Source of the DNA: Tubulanus polymorphus
Lineage: Eukaryota > Animalia > Nemertea
DNA length: 64,000 nucleotides
Direction of reading: 5' to 3'
NCBI RefSeq assembly: GCF_964204645.1
Contig: NC_134027.1
Span: 13,424,485-13,488,484 of the forward strand
The notes below the pieces were generated by a model that was not told where the DNA came from, ran no database searches, and saw only the letters and a program-made list of their open reading frames with translations. Position 1 is the first letter of the stretch, and the number at the start of each line of letters is the position of its first letter. This document shows, one piece after another, positions 23,085-33,797 of this stretch. Both the position numbers and the translations under genes were made by a program.

Positions 23085-23337
23085 AGTTTATATTCATAGG
23101 GAAATTGAAGCCTCAGAAGTAATTTTGAACCTTTATTACTTTTTAATTTATTCTTATATTCATCATGTAATTCAGTAGGTATAATTTGATTTTCTGCCAA
23201 TGATTGTTGCATAGATTTTCTATCTTTATTGTAGAATTAAACTAAAAATCTTATATTCTCTCTAAAGTCTTTAACAATTGAACTATATTTTTGATTTAAA
23301 ACCCAAGTTGTTATCCCAAAATGTCTCCCAGAGAAAA
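23085..23337 (-). pseudogene. Packaging ATPase C-terminal remnant
   Basis: Minus strand reads GRHFGITTWVLNQKYSSIVKDFRENIRF, as in 1852-2460. Confidence 0.85.
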
Positions 23338-25322
23338 ACGTTTACGGCATTTACTAAGCCCAGATGGGTTATCTTCCTGAGGTTGGACTATGCCGTCTAT
23401 ATGACTCCAGTATGCGCGACGCAGCCCTTTTTGTACTATTCTCTTCAATGCCTTGAATTTAGCTTGATGAGAGTGGTGGCCACTTTTTATGTATTTCTTG
23501 TGGATACGGTCCCTCTTCTTGATGAGCTTCTTTAGTTCTATAGTAGTAACCCACGGCAGTCCATCCTTTGGTTTTGTGACTTTGTGGGGGACATTTTCTT
23601 GCACGATTTCTATGACCTTGTCTCTAAAGAAGTTCCACATGTTGGTGGCAGTACATCCTCTCCGATACATCTCCTGAACCCTGGCACTTATGGATGTCGC
23701 ACTTTCTTTCATCCTGGCCCACTTCGCATGACGATATAGTGGGACCTTCCTTGGTTTCTGTTTCAGTTTGATTGGAGCATAACTCACCTCCAAGAACACT
23801 ATGTCATGCTCAGCAATTGCTGGCATTGGTTCAATGCGCATTACTTTAGATGGGTCATTGGTTACTATGAGGTCAAGTATGTTGTCTCCTCTTGTGGGAA
23901 ATTCAACCATTTGTTGTAGTCCATTATCATCTAACATGTCACTGAAAAAAATGTGGTGGTTGACATAAGGGGCGCCTGGTTTGATGATCTTGTTGCACCA
24001 ATCCCAGCTTGGTAGATTAAAATCCCCGCCAACCAGGAGCACACCATTACGAATGGAGCATACACGATCCATGATTGTCTTCAGCTCGTTATATCCGTGT
24101 TAGTTCGATGTTTTTGGGTTGTAGAGCGAACAGAGGTAGAGTGACTTCTGGCCAGCCATCTCAATTTTGCACCACACAATCTCGCAATCAGTTTGGAGTT
24201 CCACAACTGGAGAACGAATGTAGGTGTTACTTACTGCAATCAGGACGCCACCACCTTCCATGTTTCTGTCCTTCCTAAATAGTTTAAAGCCAGGTGGAAA
24301 GACTTCATTGTCCTTCATGGAGTCGTCAAGCCATGTTTCGGTCCCTATTATGATATCAGGTTTGCAGCTTTCTACCAGGTTTTGAAGATGGGGCCTCTTG
24401 TTTCTCAGGTTTTGGTAGTTGACGTTGAGAATTTTCAGTGGCTTAGCGAGAGATGGACTAGGCCAGTCAGAGCGTCGGTTAGTTGATGCGTGTGCTGGTT
24501 TCATGTGTTTGGGGGTCGACGAAAGCGATGTATCTGCGATCAATGAATCGTCGCGGTCTGTTAGCGCTTGAAATCTGTTGTGAGTGCTAAGGTTCAGGTT
24601 GAAGCATACACTCGAGTAGTGCATTCCGTCACAGATCAGGCAGTTCCAGGCCACTGCACTATCAATCAGGTCATCATACGATCTGGTATGGACTTCCTGG
24701 CAGTTAGCGTGATACCATTGGTTACATGTATCGCATACTATACCCCTGTCCTCCCAGGTTACAGGTTTTTCGCATGTTCCACATGGATATAGCGATGCCG
24801 ATGAGGGCTGATCGCTGATGACTACAGCAGGTCCTGGATTTGGGTTCACATCGTTAGACAGTAGCAATAACAGGAGTGAGATCCGTAGAAACATACCTGT
24901 TCTGCTGCGCGTCTTGTTAGGTGAGTGTTGTGATAGGAATTCAGACAGACTACTCTTCAGTGTAAGCAGAGATGCAGCTTTGAACAGCAATTTTGTAGAG
25001 GCTCTACATTGAACAATACTTGTATCATTCCCGGTGGTGTCAGCCCTGTACAGTAGCAGGCGACAGATGAAAAGATTGAGTAGAAAACACAGTCCTATCA
25101 GTATCAGCATCGTGGCAATGTTTTTATCGTCTTTTCTCATCAACTACTAGTTAAGTTTCTCCCTTGAGTAATGGATTCTTATGCGAAACAGCCTTACCCA
25201 CATTTACAGTGACCGATAAAATACTTTTGGGACCCGAAAAGACTCCAAGATAGCAAAAATTTGTTGGAGTTATTTTGGAACAGCAGAGAAAACCAACATG
25301 TCCGCCGCGCGCATGCACCTCT
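23338..25322 (-). mobile_element. 5' part of a CR1/L2-type LINE (2A-like peptide, PHD finger, AP endonuclease) inside copy B
   Basis: ORFs 24100-25143 and 23311-24072 carry DVNPNPGP, C-x2-C PHD, GTETWL, GDFNLP and LDL motifs; GC content jumps at both junctions. Confidence 0.9.
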
Positions 25323-26234
25323 CTAGGTTCTTGTTAATATTTCTTCATCTTTTAAATCTTCTATCTTATATACAAAAGGTTTAGTTAATATTATGTTTTT
25401 AATCTTAAATATTTCTTCAGTAAAATTTGGAGTATAAAATGTTTTTCGATATTTAGATATTCTAACATGTTGTCCTGGTTTAAATTTTGGTTCTCCGAAA
25501 TCATGCGTTACAAATGCTCCATATAAATTGTTCCAAACTATTTCTGAGTTTTCTAATTTTCTAGCTTGTATAGGTTTCATACCAATACTTGAATGTTAAG
25601 AATTATTATAACCTCAACTAAATCATCTAACACATCGATATATTTATATGTTTTATTAGCTGTAAAATATTTCAACATTCTAGTTTTCAATGTTTTATTA
25701 AATCTTTCGATGATAGATGCTTTATTATCTGAGTGTGTTGAAAAATACGCTACATAGTTATCAGATAATAGTTTTTTAAAATCTTTATTATAAGATTCCT
25801 TACCTTCATCAAATTGTATCTTGCCTGGAATAGCTTCTTTAAATATAAATTTAAAAGCATTTTTTTCTTCTATACCAGTTTTATTTTTGATTGGAATTGA
25901 CCATGCGTATCTACTGAATATATCTATAATATTCAATATCCAAAAATATCCTTTGTTGTATTCTTCTAAGTTCTTCATATCTATCAAATCTGCTTGCCAT
26001 TGTTGATCAATATATGAAACCATAACTTTTCTTGTTAAATAATTTTTATCCATTTTCTTATGGATTTGATATGTTGGTTGATTTTGTAAGCATAATCTTA
26101 AATCACTATATTTTATATTTTCTTTGTCAGATTTTATTTTATCCCCTAATTCTGAAACACTAGAATATGATACTCTCTGGGTTATAATATAAATCTCTTA
26201 AATATTGTTCTTTTTTCATCTTATTTTAATCCAT
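25323..26234 (-). pseudogene. Polinton integrase, frameshifted and C-terminally truncated
   Basis: WQADLIDM, IDIFSRY, QFDEGKE and IIERFNKTLK motifs. Confidence 0.92.
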
Positions 26235-26239
26235 TAATA

Positions 26240-27139
26240 ATAATTTAGATTTAGTTTTGTGTATAATAGGTTTATAATCATCACTACTATCATCATTATC
26301 ATAATCATCATTATTATTAGATTTGGATTTATACTTATATTTATATATTACACCAGAGAATATAATAACTGTTACTAATCCAATTGTAATATATAATTAA
26401 TTATTACTTCCAGCATTAGAAGAATTGGATAAATTATTATTTGAACTAATATCAGGCGATTCATTTATATCAGTTAATTTCTTTTTTTTAGCTCTTTTCA
26501 ATTCTACAGATCTTTTACCTAATTCCCTTGCCCACTGTATTTGTTTTTCAGATCTAGGCTTTTTCTTAATATCATCACTCATTTATTGTACTTAATTTTT
26601 GTTCTGATTCAATATTATCTGATTTATTTTTATCTTTAGATACTATAGGTTTAATGTTAGAAAATGTTATAAATCCAGTAGACATTACTGTCATTATTCC
26701 ACCTAATTGAAATGAAGCGTACCCAACCCATTTCTGTAATTCTGTCATAACTAAGTAGTCATTTTTTAAATCAGTATATAGTTTATTTTCGTCATTGATT
26801 GGTATTATCCTGTTACATAATTTAGAATAACATTTTATGATACCATCCGAAATAGAGTCATTTATTCTAGCTAATCTAGCTTCTTCAGATATTTTGAAAT
26901 GTTTGATTACTTTATCAGGTTTCATGGCATCTAGTTCTTGATAAGTTATAATTCTATTTAAGAATTCTTTAGATTTTCCGCTGGCAATTAGTAACTCAAG
27001 ATGGTGCTTACAATATCAGTAGTACTCGTAATCAATATCATTATCAACTTGAGCACAATCAGTTACAACTGTATCTTTATTATCTGTAATACCTAAATCT
27101 TCAATTGTCTCTTCAATATCAGTACTATTTCTTTGACAT
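26240..27139 (-). pseudogene. Homologues of ORFs 2765-3370 and 3303-3671
   Basis: ARINDSISDG..LKNDYLVMTEL and KKPRSEKQIQWARELG; TAAATG starts at 27139 and 26582. Confidence 0.83.
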
Positions 27140-27239
27140 TTATATTAGAGAAAAAGTGAAAAAAAATATTATGATTATTCTAAAATGATACTAGTAACTC
27201 ATTAGGTTAATAATAGTGTTAGCACTAAGAATACTAGCT

Positions 27240-27460
27240 ATTCGAAGTTATTGTTTTTTTATTTGAATCTATTCAAAATCTATTTAATCTAGTGTTAATT
27301 AAAATTGCATAAGAAAATATTAAAAATATAATAGATTTCAATATCTATTTGAAGATATGTAATTTTCATTAAAATCTATTCGAAATCTATTAAATCTAGT
27401 GTCAATTAGAATTGCATAAGAAATTATTAAAAATATAATAGAATTCACTAGCTAGTTGAA
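27240..27460. repeat. Two-copy degenerate repeat (AATCTATT/AATCTAGTG units)
   Basis: Duplicated ~110-bp unit upstream of the 27139 ORF, the same relative position as the 2461-2735 repeat in copy A. Confidence 0.7.
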
Positions 27461-27694
27461 GATATTGTTTTTTTTAATACTTTTTATTTAAATTAGGATT
27501 CAATATCTCACTTTTTTGTCTATCTATAGGAGCGGTAACTATAACTGTCCAGATAAGTCATTTCGGATCCTCGATAATAAATCCTCAATCCGAAAAGTAA
27601 TTTAACGAAAACGCTGGGTGGAATTACTACTTCATAAACACATATATTTATTATGGAAATAGTAGCGATCGAAGATAGAATAATTGAGAAAAAT

Positions 27695-27935
27695 AGAAAA
27701 GCGGTCCTAAAGGACCGGTTATTGCGTTATCACAGTTAAATTTTTATTCTGTAAACAACAACACTCAAACACAGAACTGTAACCAATCAATACAGAACAG
27801 TTGTTTCCATCAACAACGACCGAACGACTAATGTAGAAAAGCGGTCCGATAAGACCGGTTATTGCGTAATACCAGTTAACAGTAACCAATCAATACAGAA
27901 CGGCTGTCACCATTAACAACAGCCAAACGACTAAT
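27695..27935. repeat. Two-copy ~135-bp direct repeat
   Basis: AGAAAAGCGGTCC..GACCGGTT(T)ATTGCG and GTAACCAATCAATACAGAAC each occur twice. Confidence 0.8.
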
Positions 27936-28861
27936 GCATAACAACACAATATTAAAGCAGATTCTGTAGTGATTTACACAATCGCGATTACATCATTTGA
28001 TTTCTATATACAAAGATCGTCAGTGTTGTAATGTACATATAAAATTTATAATTTCGACCAGAATTCTTTAATTACTGAATGGTTTTCAATCATTTCTTCA
28101 ATTTCTGGCAAATATTTGACAACATCAATAAATGCCAAACTTAATAATTGGAATTTTTCGTATTTTATTAACCTACCTACTCTTCTCAGTTTTCTTTCAA
28201 AGCCGGCACTGATATCTATGTTTTTTTAACCCAAGCCCCTATATTTAAATAACCCCCGAAAATGATATGGTCCCATAGGTGCTTTGCTTTTCTATTTAAT
28301 ATGGTTTTATAACTTGTTTTTAATATATTAGTAATTTTGGCAAATGAAATAACTTCTTCACTTTGTATTTCTGGAAAGCTTAATATATGTTCTGTTTCAA
28401 TGATTAATTAAGATTTTTAAAACTCATTCAACTCATATCCACTCATTTTTCGTAGTTTTCAATTCAAGGTGTGTTGTTGGTAATTGTGGTAATGATGATA
28501 CGCGCGGTAATTGTTTATTACGTATTACATCGCTCAGCATTTTCCCCATTTCTTCATAATCCAAATGTTTTTGTAATTTTTGTAAAGTTTGTTCGTCAAT
28601 CTCTTGAGTTACATACTCCATTCCTGTTGATTCCTGGGTTTCAATATCCATCGTTTCTGGTTCCTCTTCCGGTGTTTGACTTGAAAATTCTGGTTGATTT
28701 CTGTATTCCATTTTAATCTAAAAGATATCTATCTAACGTAGAATAGAATTAACTTATGAAGCGGTTGTTGTGAAAACGAATTACTGTACTTAAATATAAT
28801 TAAAGGTTTTATATTTAGTAACCCCCTTCCCCTACTTCATAATAACTACAAAAAAACGGTA

Positions 28862-29089
28862 CTTACATTTAGATTTAGAACTGTAAACTGTAAACTCCTA
28901 ATTGTGTTTCGAGAGAGAAATCCTATGCGTCCTGTATATGCGACCCAGGATGATGTAATGCGACTGAGGTGGGTGATTCACTATGTCTTAATACGTCCAG
29001 GCACTGTCTGGTGCTATGGAAACGCTGGTGACGGGTGTTCTTTTATAGGCTTAATGAAATTTATTAATTCTTTACAGTTGAAATGTAAG
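28862..29089 (+). ncRNA. Putative structured RNA segment of copy B
   Basis: Closing stems CTTACATTT/AAATGTAAG and AACTGTAAA/TTTACAGTT; internal hairpins with + strand G-U pairs. Confidence 0.4.
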
Positions 29090-29157
29090 CGGGTAACAGA
29101 TGTTAACCAAACTAGAGCTAATACAACCAGTTATATAGGCTGAGTGTTATCGGGCGT

Positions 29158-29425
29158 TTATAAAGATTCAACGTATTTTTCATTATGTGTTGAATTCCAT
29201 AATTCAACAAATGTCCTTGCTTTAACCAACTGGTCTAAATACAACTGTAAATCTAGTTTATTTCCTTTCCTAATATTTTCCTTCTTTTCAAGAGGTCTCA
29301 GGTTTTTCCAATTCCATATCAATTTCTTATTGTATTCATCATTCATATCAAATTTCGATATTGGTAACACGTGATCAAATGAAAGTATTCACCATAATTA
29401 TCTATATTCATTTTATCATCGAATG
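29158..29425 (-). pseudogene. HNH-type endonuclease C-terminal fragment
   Basis: MNIDNYGEYF/FDHVLPISKFD..WKNLRPLEKKENIRKGNK (one frameshift); truncated by the next element. Confidence 0.72.
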
Positions 29426-29432
29426 AGCTACC

Positions 29433-32400
29433 GGCTATGCGTGCACCTGACCGCAGCTGACTGTCAACTCGGTTATAGCGACCCCACGTGAACCCGGAAG
29501 TAATTCAATAGCGTGCGGCTTTGAATGGGGCACTTTGAACCGTTTTTCTCTTCTTCTGAATGAAAGTTGGCCATGCCGACTGAATGCTGTGTTCCGTTGT
29601 GCGGGCAGCTCGGAGGACACGCTTTCCCGAAAGATGAGACTACGTTGAAATTACCACTTCAGGTTTGTTTACGCTTAATGCTCACAACAGGTGTTACATA
29701 CAAGGTGTTACAATGAATGAAATCAATTTGATATGGGATATTTAGAAGATTTTTTAGCCTGATGGGTCGTTAAAAAAGTGTGAGTAGTCATTCTTCAATA
29801 ATCTGGTAGTTGGGCCTCATCAGGCCTAAAAAGTGAAATTCAAGTATCAGTTTACCGTCACCCGCCACGTGTTGACTGAGGACCGCTCTCGCATGAAAAC
29901 TTTCAATACGTACGTTTCAATTCTATGTTCTAAAAATCCGGAGAGTGGATTTATAATGTACAAAACTTATAAAAGTAATCGAGAAACGTTTTTTAAATCA
30001 ATATTTAATGTGTTGATTGCCTTTTGAGGTTTGGATTGCAATGTTTATGTCTTGAAATTTAGGGATTATTATCGGGTGTGACTGCTTTAAGTCAGCTAAC
30101 TTATTTTGATAGCTGAGCTACCACTAGCGCCATCCATTGAACAAAAGTTGAAGTGTTGACAAATTTTACTGCCAACGCTGCCATAATCATTGATTATGAC
30201 TAGTCTCAGTTGAAGTTTAATATATTTTTTGAATTATTCTATGTACAGGTACATCACCTCTGCAAAATCGACTGAAGAAAGATGCGGTACCATCAGTGTT
30301 TCCCTGGAATTCAGAAATTTCACCAGCAGGACTTAGCAGGAATGATAGATACATGAAACGTAAAAAGCTTCTGTCGGAACAAGAATCTGCGGCCAAAAAA
30401 CAATGTAAAGTGGCACTTTATCAAGTAGCAGCGCATGTAACAGTGGGGGAAAATTGTCAATGTAAGGACCTTTGAGTGAGAAATTGTGAAGATGCATTCC
30501 AAATTTACACTCAACAAAAAATAATCTTGCCTTTTCAGATCTTCCCGTTACTGTGTGTGAAGATTTGCCTGATTCTGCACCACCGATCACCAGTATTGGA
30601 GTACAGTGTGAAATTGTTTCGGTTTACTCTCCCTTGGACCATTACGGGAAAAATGATGACTGTTTTCATTACTACACTGGGTTGGAATCACGAAAGAAAT
30701 TTTATCTTGTGCTCAACGTGCTAGGATCTGCAGCTTACCAGTTGAACTACTATCAGGGAATAACACCGATTATATCTGTCGACGAACAATTTTTAAAATT
30801 AAGTGTCTCATTAAATTAAGGCTATATAAATGTGACTTTGAACTATCTCAAATGTTCAATATATCTGAAAAAAATTGTGCGGAACATTTGCATAACATGG
30901 ATTAATTTTATGGCCAATGAACTGGATGAAATCAATTGGTGGCCAGAGAAGAAGTTAGTTCAGTTTTACATGCCAACCGATTTTCCCATCAAATTATCAG
31001 GTACATTAATCTGTTTTACAGTCAAATTTATTTCCACATGTCGAACCTGCGCCTACATCATGTGTGTACATAAAAATTACCAAACGATGCCAATAAAATG
31101 CACTCGTCCATCTCAGGGTCTGTGAACATAGGGTGTTGAAAAAATCTGTTTTGAGTGGTCGTATGGAGTATTCTAGAGTGTGAAGCTAATTCATTTAATT
31201 AAAAAGGCTAATGTTCAGTTGCATTCTCTAGTTACAGTATATGCCATTTCTGCAGTTGTGAGAACCAGATAATCCATACGCTGCTGAAAATGACCTTATG
31301 TACATGAAAAAATCTGGTGTTAAGGAATTTTTAATTAGGGAAAAGGTAAGATAATCATAAAATACATGTTTTTGCTCATTATGACGGCAGTGGAACCTCA
31401 TTATAACGAACTCATGAACGGAATATAATGTTTTATTTTTCAGTCAGCAATACTGTTTGGTCAAGATGGGTACACCTAATTTCATTTTTCTGACTTAATT
31501 TTAGATTTTACCAGGATCCGTGTCTGATACAGATATAGAAGTAATAGAGAATGCTACACGTTGGCAATCTACAAACAAGACTTGGATTTCTTCAAGACTG
31601 AAACGCATGACAGCATCCTCATTTGGAAGAATATGTAAAGCCACTGCTGCCACTGATTTAAAAAAAAACTAGCATCTGATTTATGTTCCCCGCAGCCAGA
31701 ACTCAGCGTTTCATCCATCGTACATGGGAGAAAATACGAATCAACAGCTATCACAAAGTTTGAGTCAGTGTTTGGCGTTAAAGTTAACAAATGTGGATTG
31801 TATATTTCAAAGGACAGGCCGTATATAGCTGCATCTCCTGATGGTACGATTGACTCATTGATACATTGATTGAAGTTAAACGCCTTATGCCGCACGCAAT
31901 CAAGCTATTTACGAGTTAACTGTAGCGTATTTGATAAACGAAAATGGCTCACTCGAACTGAAGAAAGATAAACCCTACTATTACCAAGTTCAAGGACAGT
32001 TATTTTGCACAAATGCAACAACGTGTTATTTTATTATTTTTACATTTAAAGACATGAAAGTGATAAAAGTTATCCTGGAAGTCTTTGTCCAGGATCAGAT
32101 GTTCCAAGAATTAGATTTTTTTTCGATGTATATTTCAAAGATGCTGTGCTGGAGCGGTACTTCTTCACAAATTATTCAAAATATATGTAAATGCATTATT
32201 GCTGAAATATGTCTTTATCCTGTCTATGCATCTCGTGAAACAATAACAAGTAATTTAAAATTACAGAAATAGAAACAAATTATTTTTTGATTATGCTTCC
32301 AGCCATCACTGTTTTCGTATAGTTCATTGGATGTGTTAAGATCTTGAAGGTTTTAGCAAGTCCAATGATTCTCAATGTGGTTCAAGTACATGTAAAACAA

Positions 32401-33300
32401 AGAAAAACTTCTTGCGCGACTCTAATCCTGTGAAGAAATGAATATTCTCATCTGTTTTTCCATAGCGGTCCAATGGGGTACAGTCAGCAAGAAGTTCACA
32501 CCACTGGACACCCGAACTAACGGAAGATCGAACTTCATTTCAATTTCGCCAGAATAAATATCTGAAAAACGTTTGAAAAATAAGTTAAAATCTGTAAATA
32601 TTTTTTTGCTTTCAATGTTTTACTTAAGCTGTTTTATTTACTGTACAGTTTAATTTCCAAAGTCACCATTAACTTATCAATATTTACCTTCAATTTGCTT
32701 TTGATCGTCCAAATCAGTGATCGTTTCATTGGCTGAAACTTGGTTAAGGGCCTTCTTCCTTTGTTGTTCGGCTTCATAGGCCTGGGTCTAGTTGTACAGT
32801 TCCGAATCAAGATTTAACTTTTGAGGTAACTCATTGAAAATGAACTAACTTTAACTCAGAGTTAAATCTAACTCACAACTGTGAAACTGGGTCCGCAGCA
32901 GCAAGTAACTGTTTGCGCTTTATCATCCATTCCTCTCGACTGATATGTGCAGGATGTGAAAGTTTCTTTGACCACGGAAATATCTGAATCATGTCTTTAT
33001 CATCAATGGATGGCAGAGAGTACTAAATTCCATTTCTGCTTGATGCCTCATTTCTTCGATACTATTCTAATCTGAAAGACAAAAGTTATTAGGAAATAAG
33101 TATCTCCATTATATAGTTGTTAACATTCACCGTTGTTAAGAATCGATATTACACGTCCATTTTAAATGTTTTATAAACAGCTAGGCTACTAGTAGCTACT
33201 GGCTAAGAGATTTAATTACAGACTAGATGTAGCCGCCAGTAGGCTTATAGATTAACCTTTTCAGCAGTTACAGAATAGTTCACAGATCATTTAACAAAAC
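29433..33300. mobile_element. Decayed ISL2EU/Harbinger-type DNA transposon (THAP-transposase plus YqaJ exonuclease)
   Basis: MPTECCVPLC..HAFPKD (29573), LKKDAVPSVFPW (~30270), HYYTGL and ITWINF transposase pieces; YqaJ motifs at 31550-32170. Boundaries approximate. Confidence 0.72.
31550..32170 (+). pseudogene. YqaJ/lambda-like exonuclease
   Basis: RMTASSFG, HGRKYE, CGLYIS..YIAASPDG, IEVK and YYYQVQGQL motifs. Confidence 0.85.
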
Positions 33301-33414
33301 GGGCAATATTAACCGTAGGCTATAGTACGTCTTATTTATGGCATCTGTTACAAATTTTATACCGATGTTAAAAACCGATACCGATAAAAAAAACCGGAGC
33401 CCGGAGACGAGAAA

Positions 33415-33618
33415 GCGTGTCAGGTATAAGTGCAGATCCGCACCTCTCGTGATTGACGCAATCTACTAAATGAAAGAATCCAGGCTAAAAATCTACTTTC
33501 TAGTGAGTATATCTTAAAATTAACCAATGTACTGAATTGCTGATGATATTTTGAATCTGAAATACGCCCGGTAGTGAACCACCCGGAGAGGTGCGGATCT
33601 GCACTTTTTACCGACACG
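33415..33618. mobile_element. MITE-like element with ~33-bp inverted termini
   Basis: AAGTGCAGATCCGCACCTCTC (33428-33448) / GAGAGGTGCGGATCTGCACTT (33586-33606), extendable to CGTGTC/GACACG. Confidence 0.65.
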
Positions 33619-33704
33619 AAAGTGTATCCTGTTCTCGCGATTTAAAGCAAAAAATCGAATAAATACCTTTCGATCAGCTACTTTTTTCTCCCAGACACTA
33701 TAAC

Positions 33705-33797
33705 AGTAATTGGAATATCAGGGGTTCAGATCAGAGGACGAGAGGACGAGAGACCACTCATCACCACAAGTAATTTTTTTTCCTAATAAATGGGAGA
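33705..33797 (+). repeat. Left TIR of copy C
   Basis: Reverse complement of 46314-46406. Confidence 0.97.

Larger units (their letters stand above)
12830..29432 (+). mobile_element. Polinton copy B: divergent family member, decayed, with nested insertions; termini not recognisable
   Basis: pPolB, penton, membrane-gene block and capsid on +; ATPase, integrase and two hypotheticals on -. Many stops and frameshifts. Confidence 0.82.

Noticed and set aside
28040-28711. Minus-strand ORF 28433-28711 and downstream AT-rich coding-like sequence
   Set aside because: Probably decayed accessory genes of copy B, but there is no homologue in the window and no motif, so no product is assigned.
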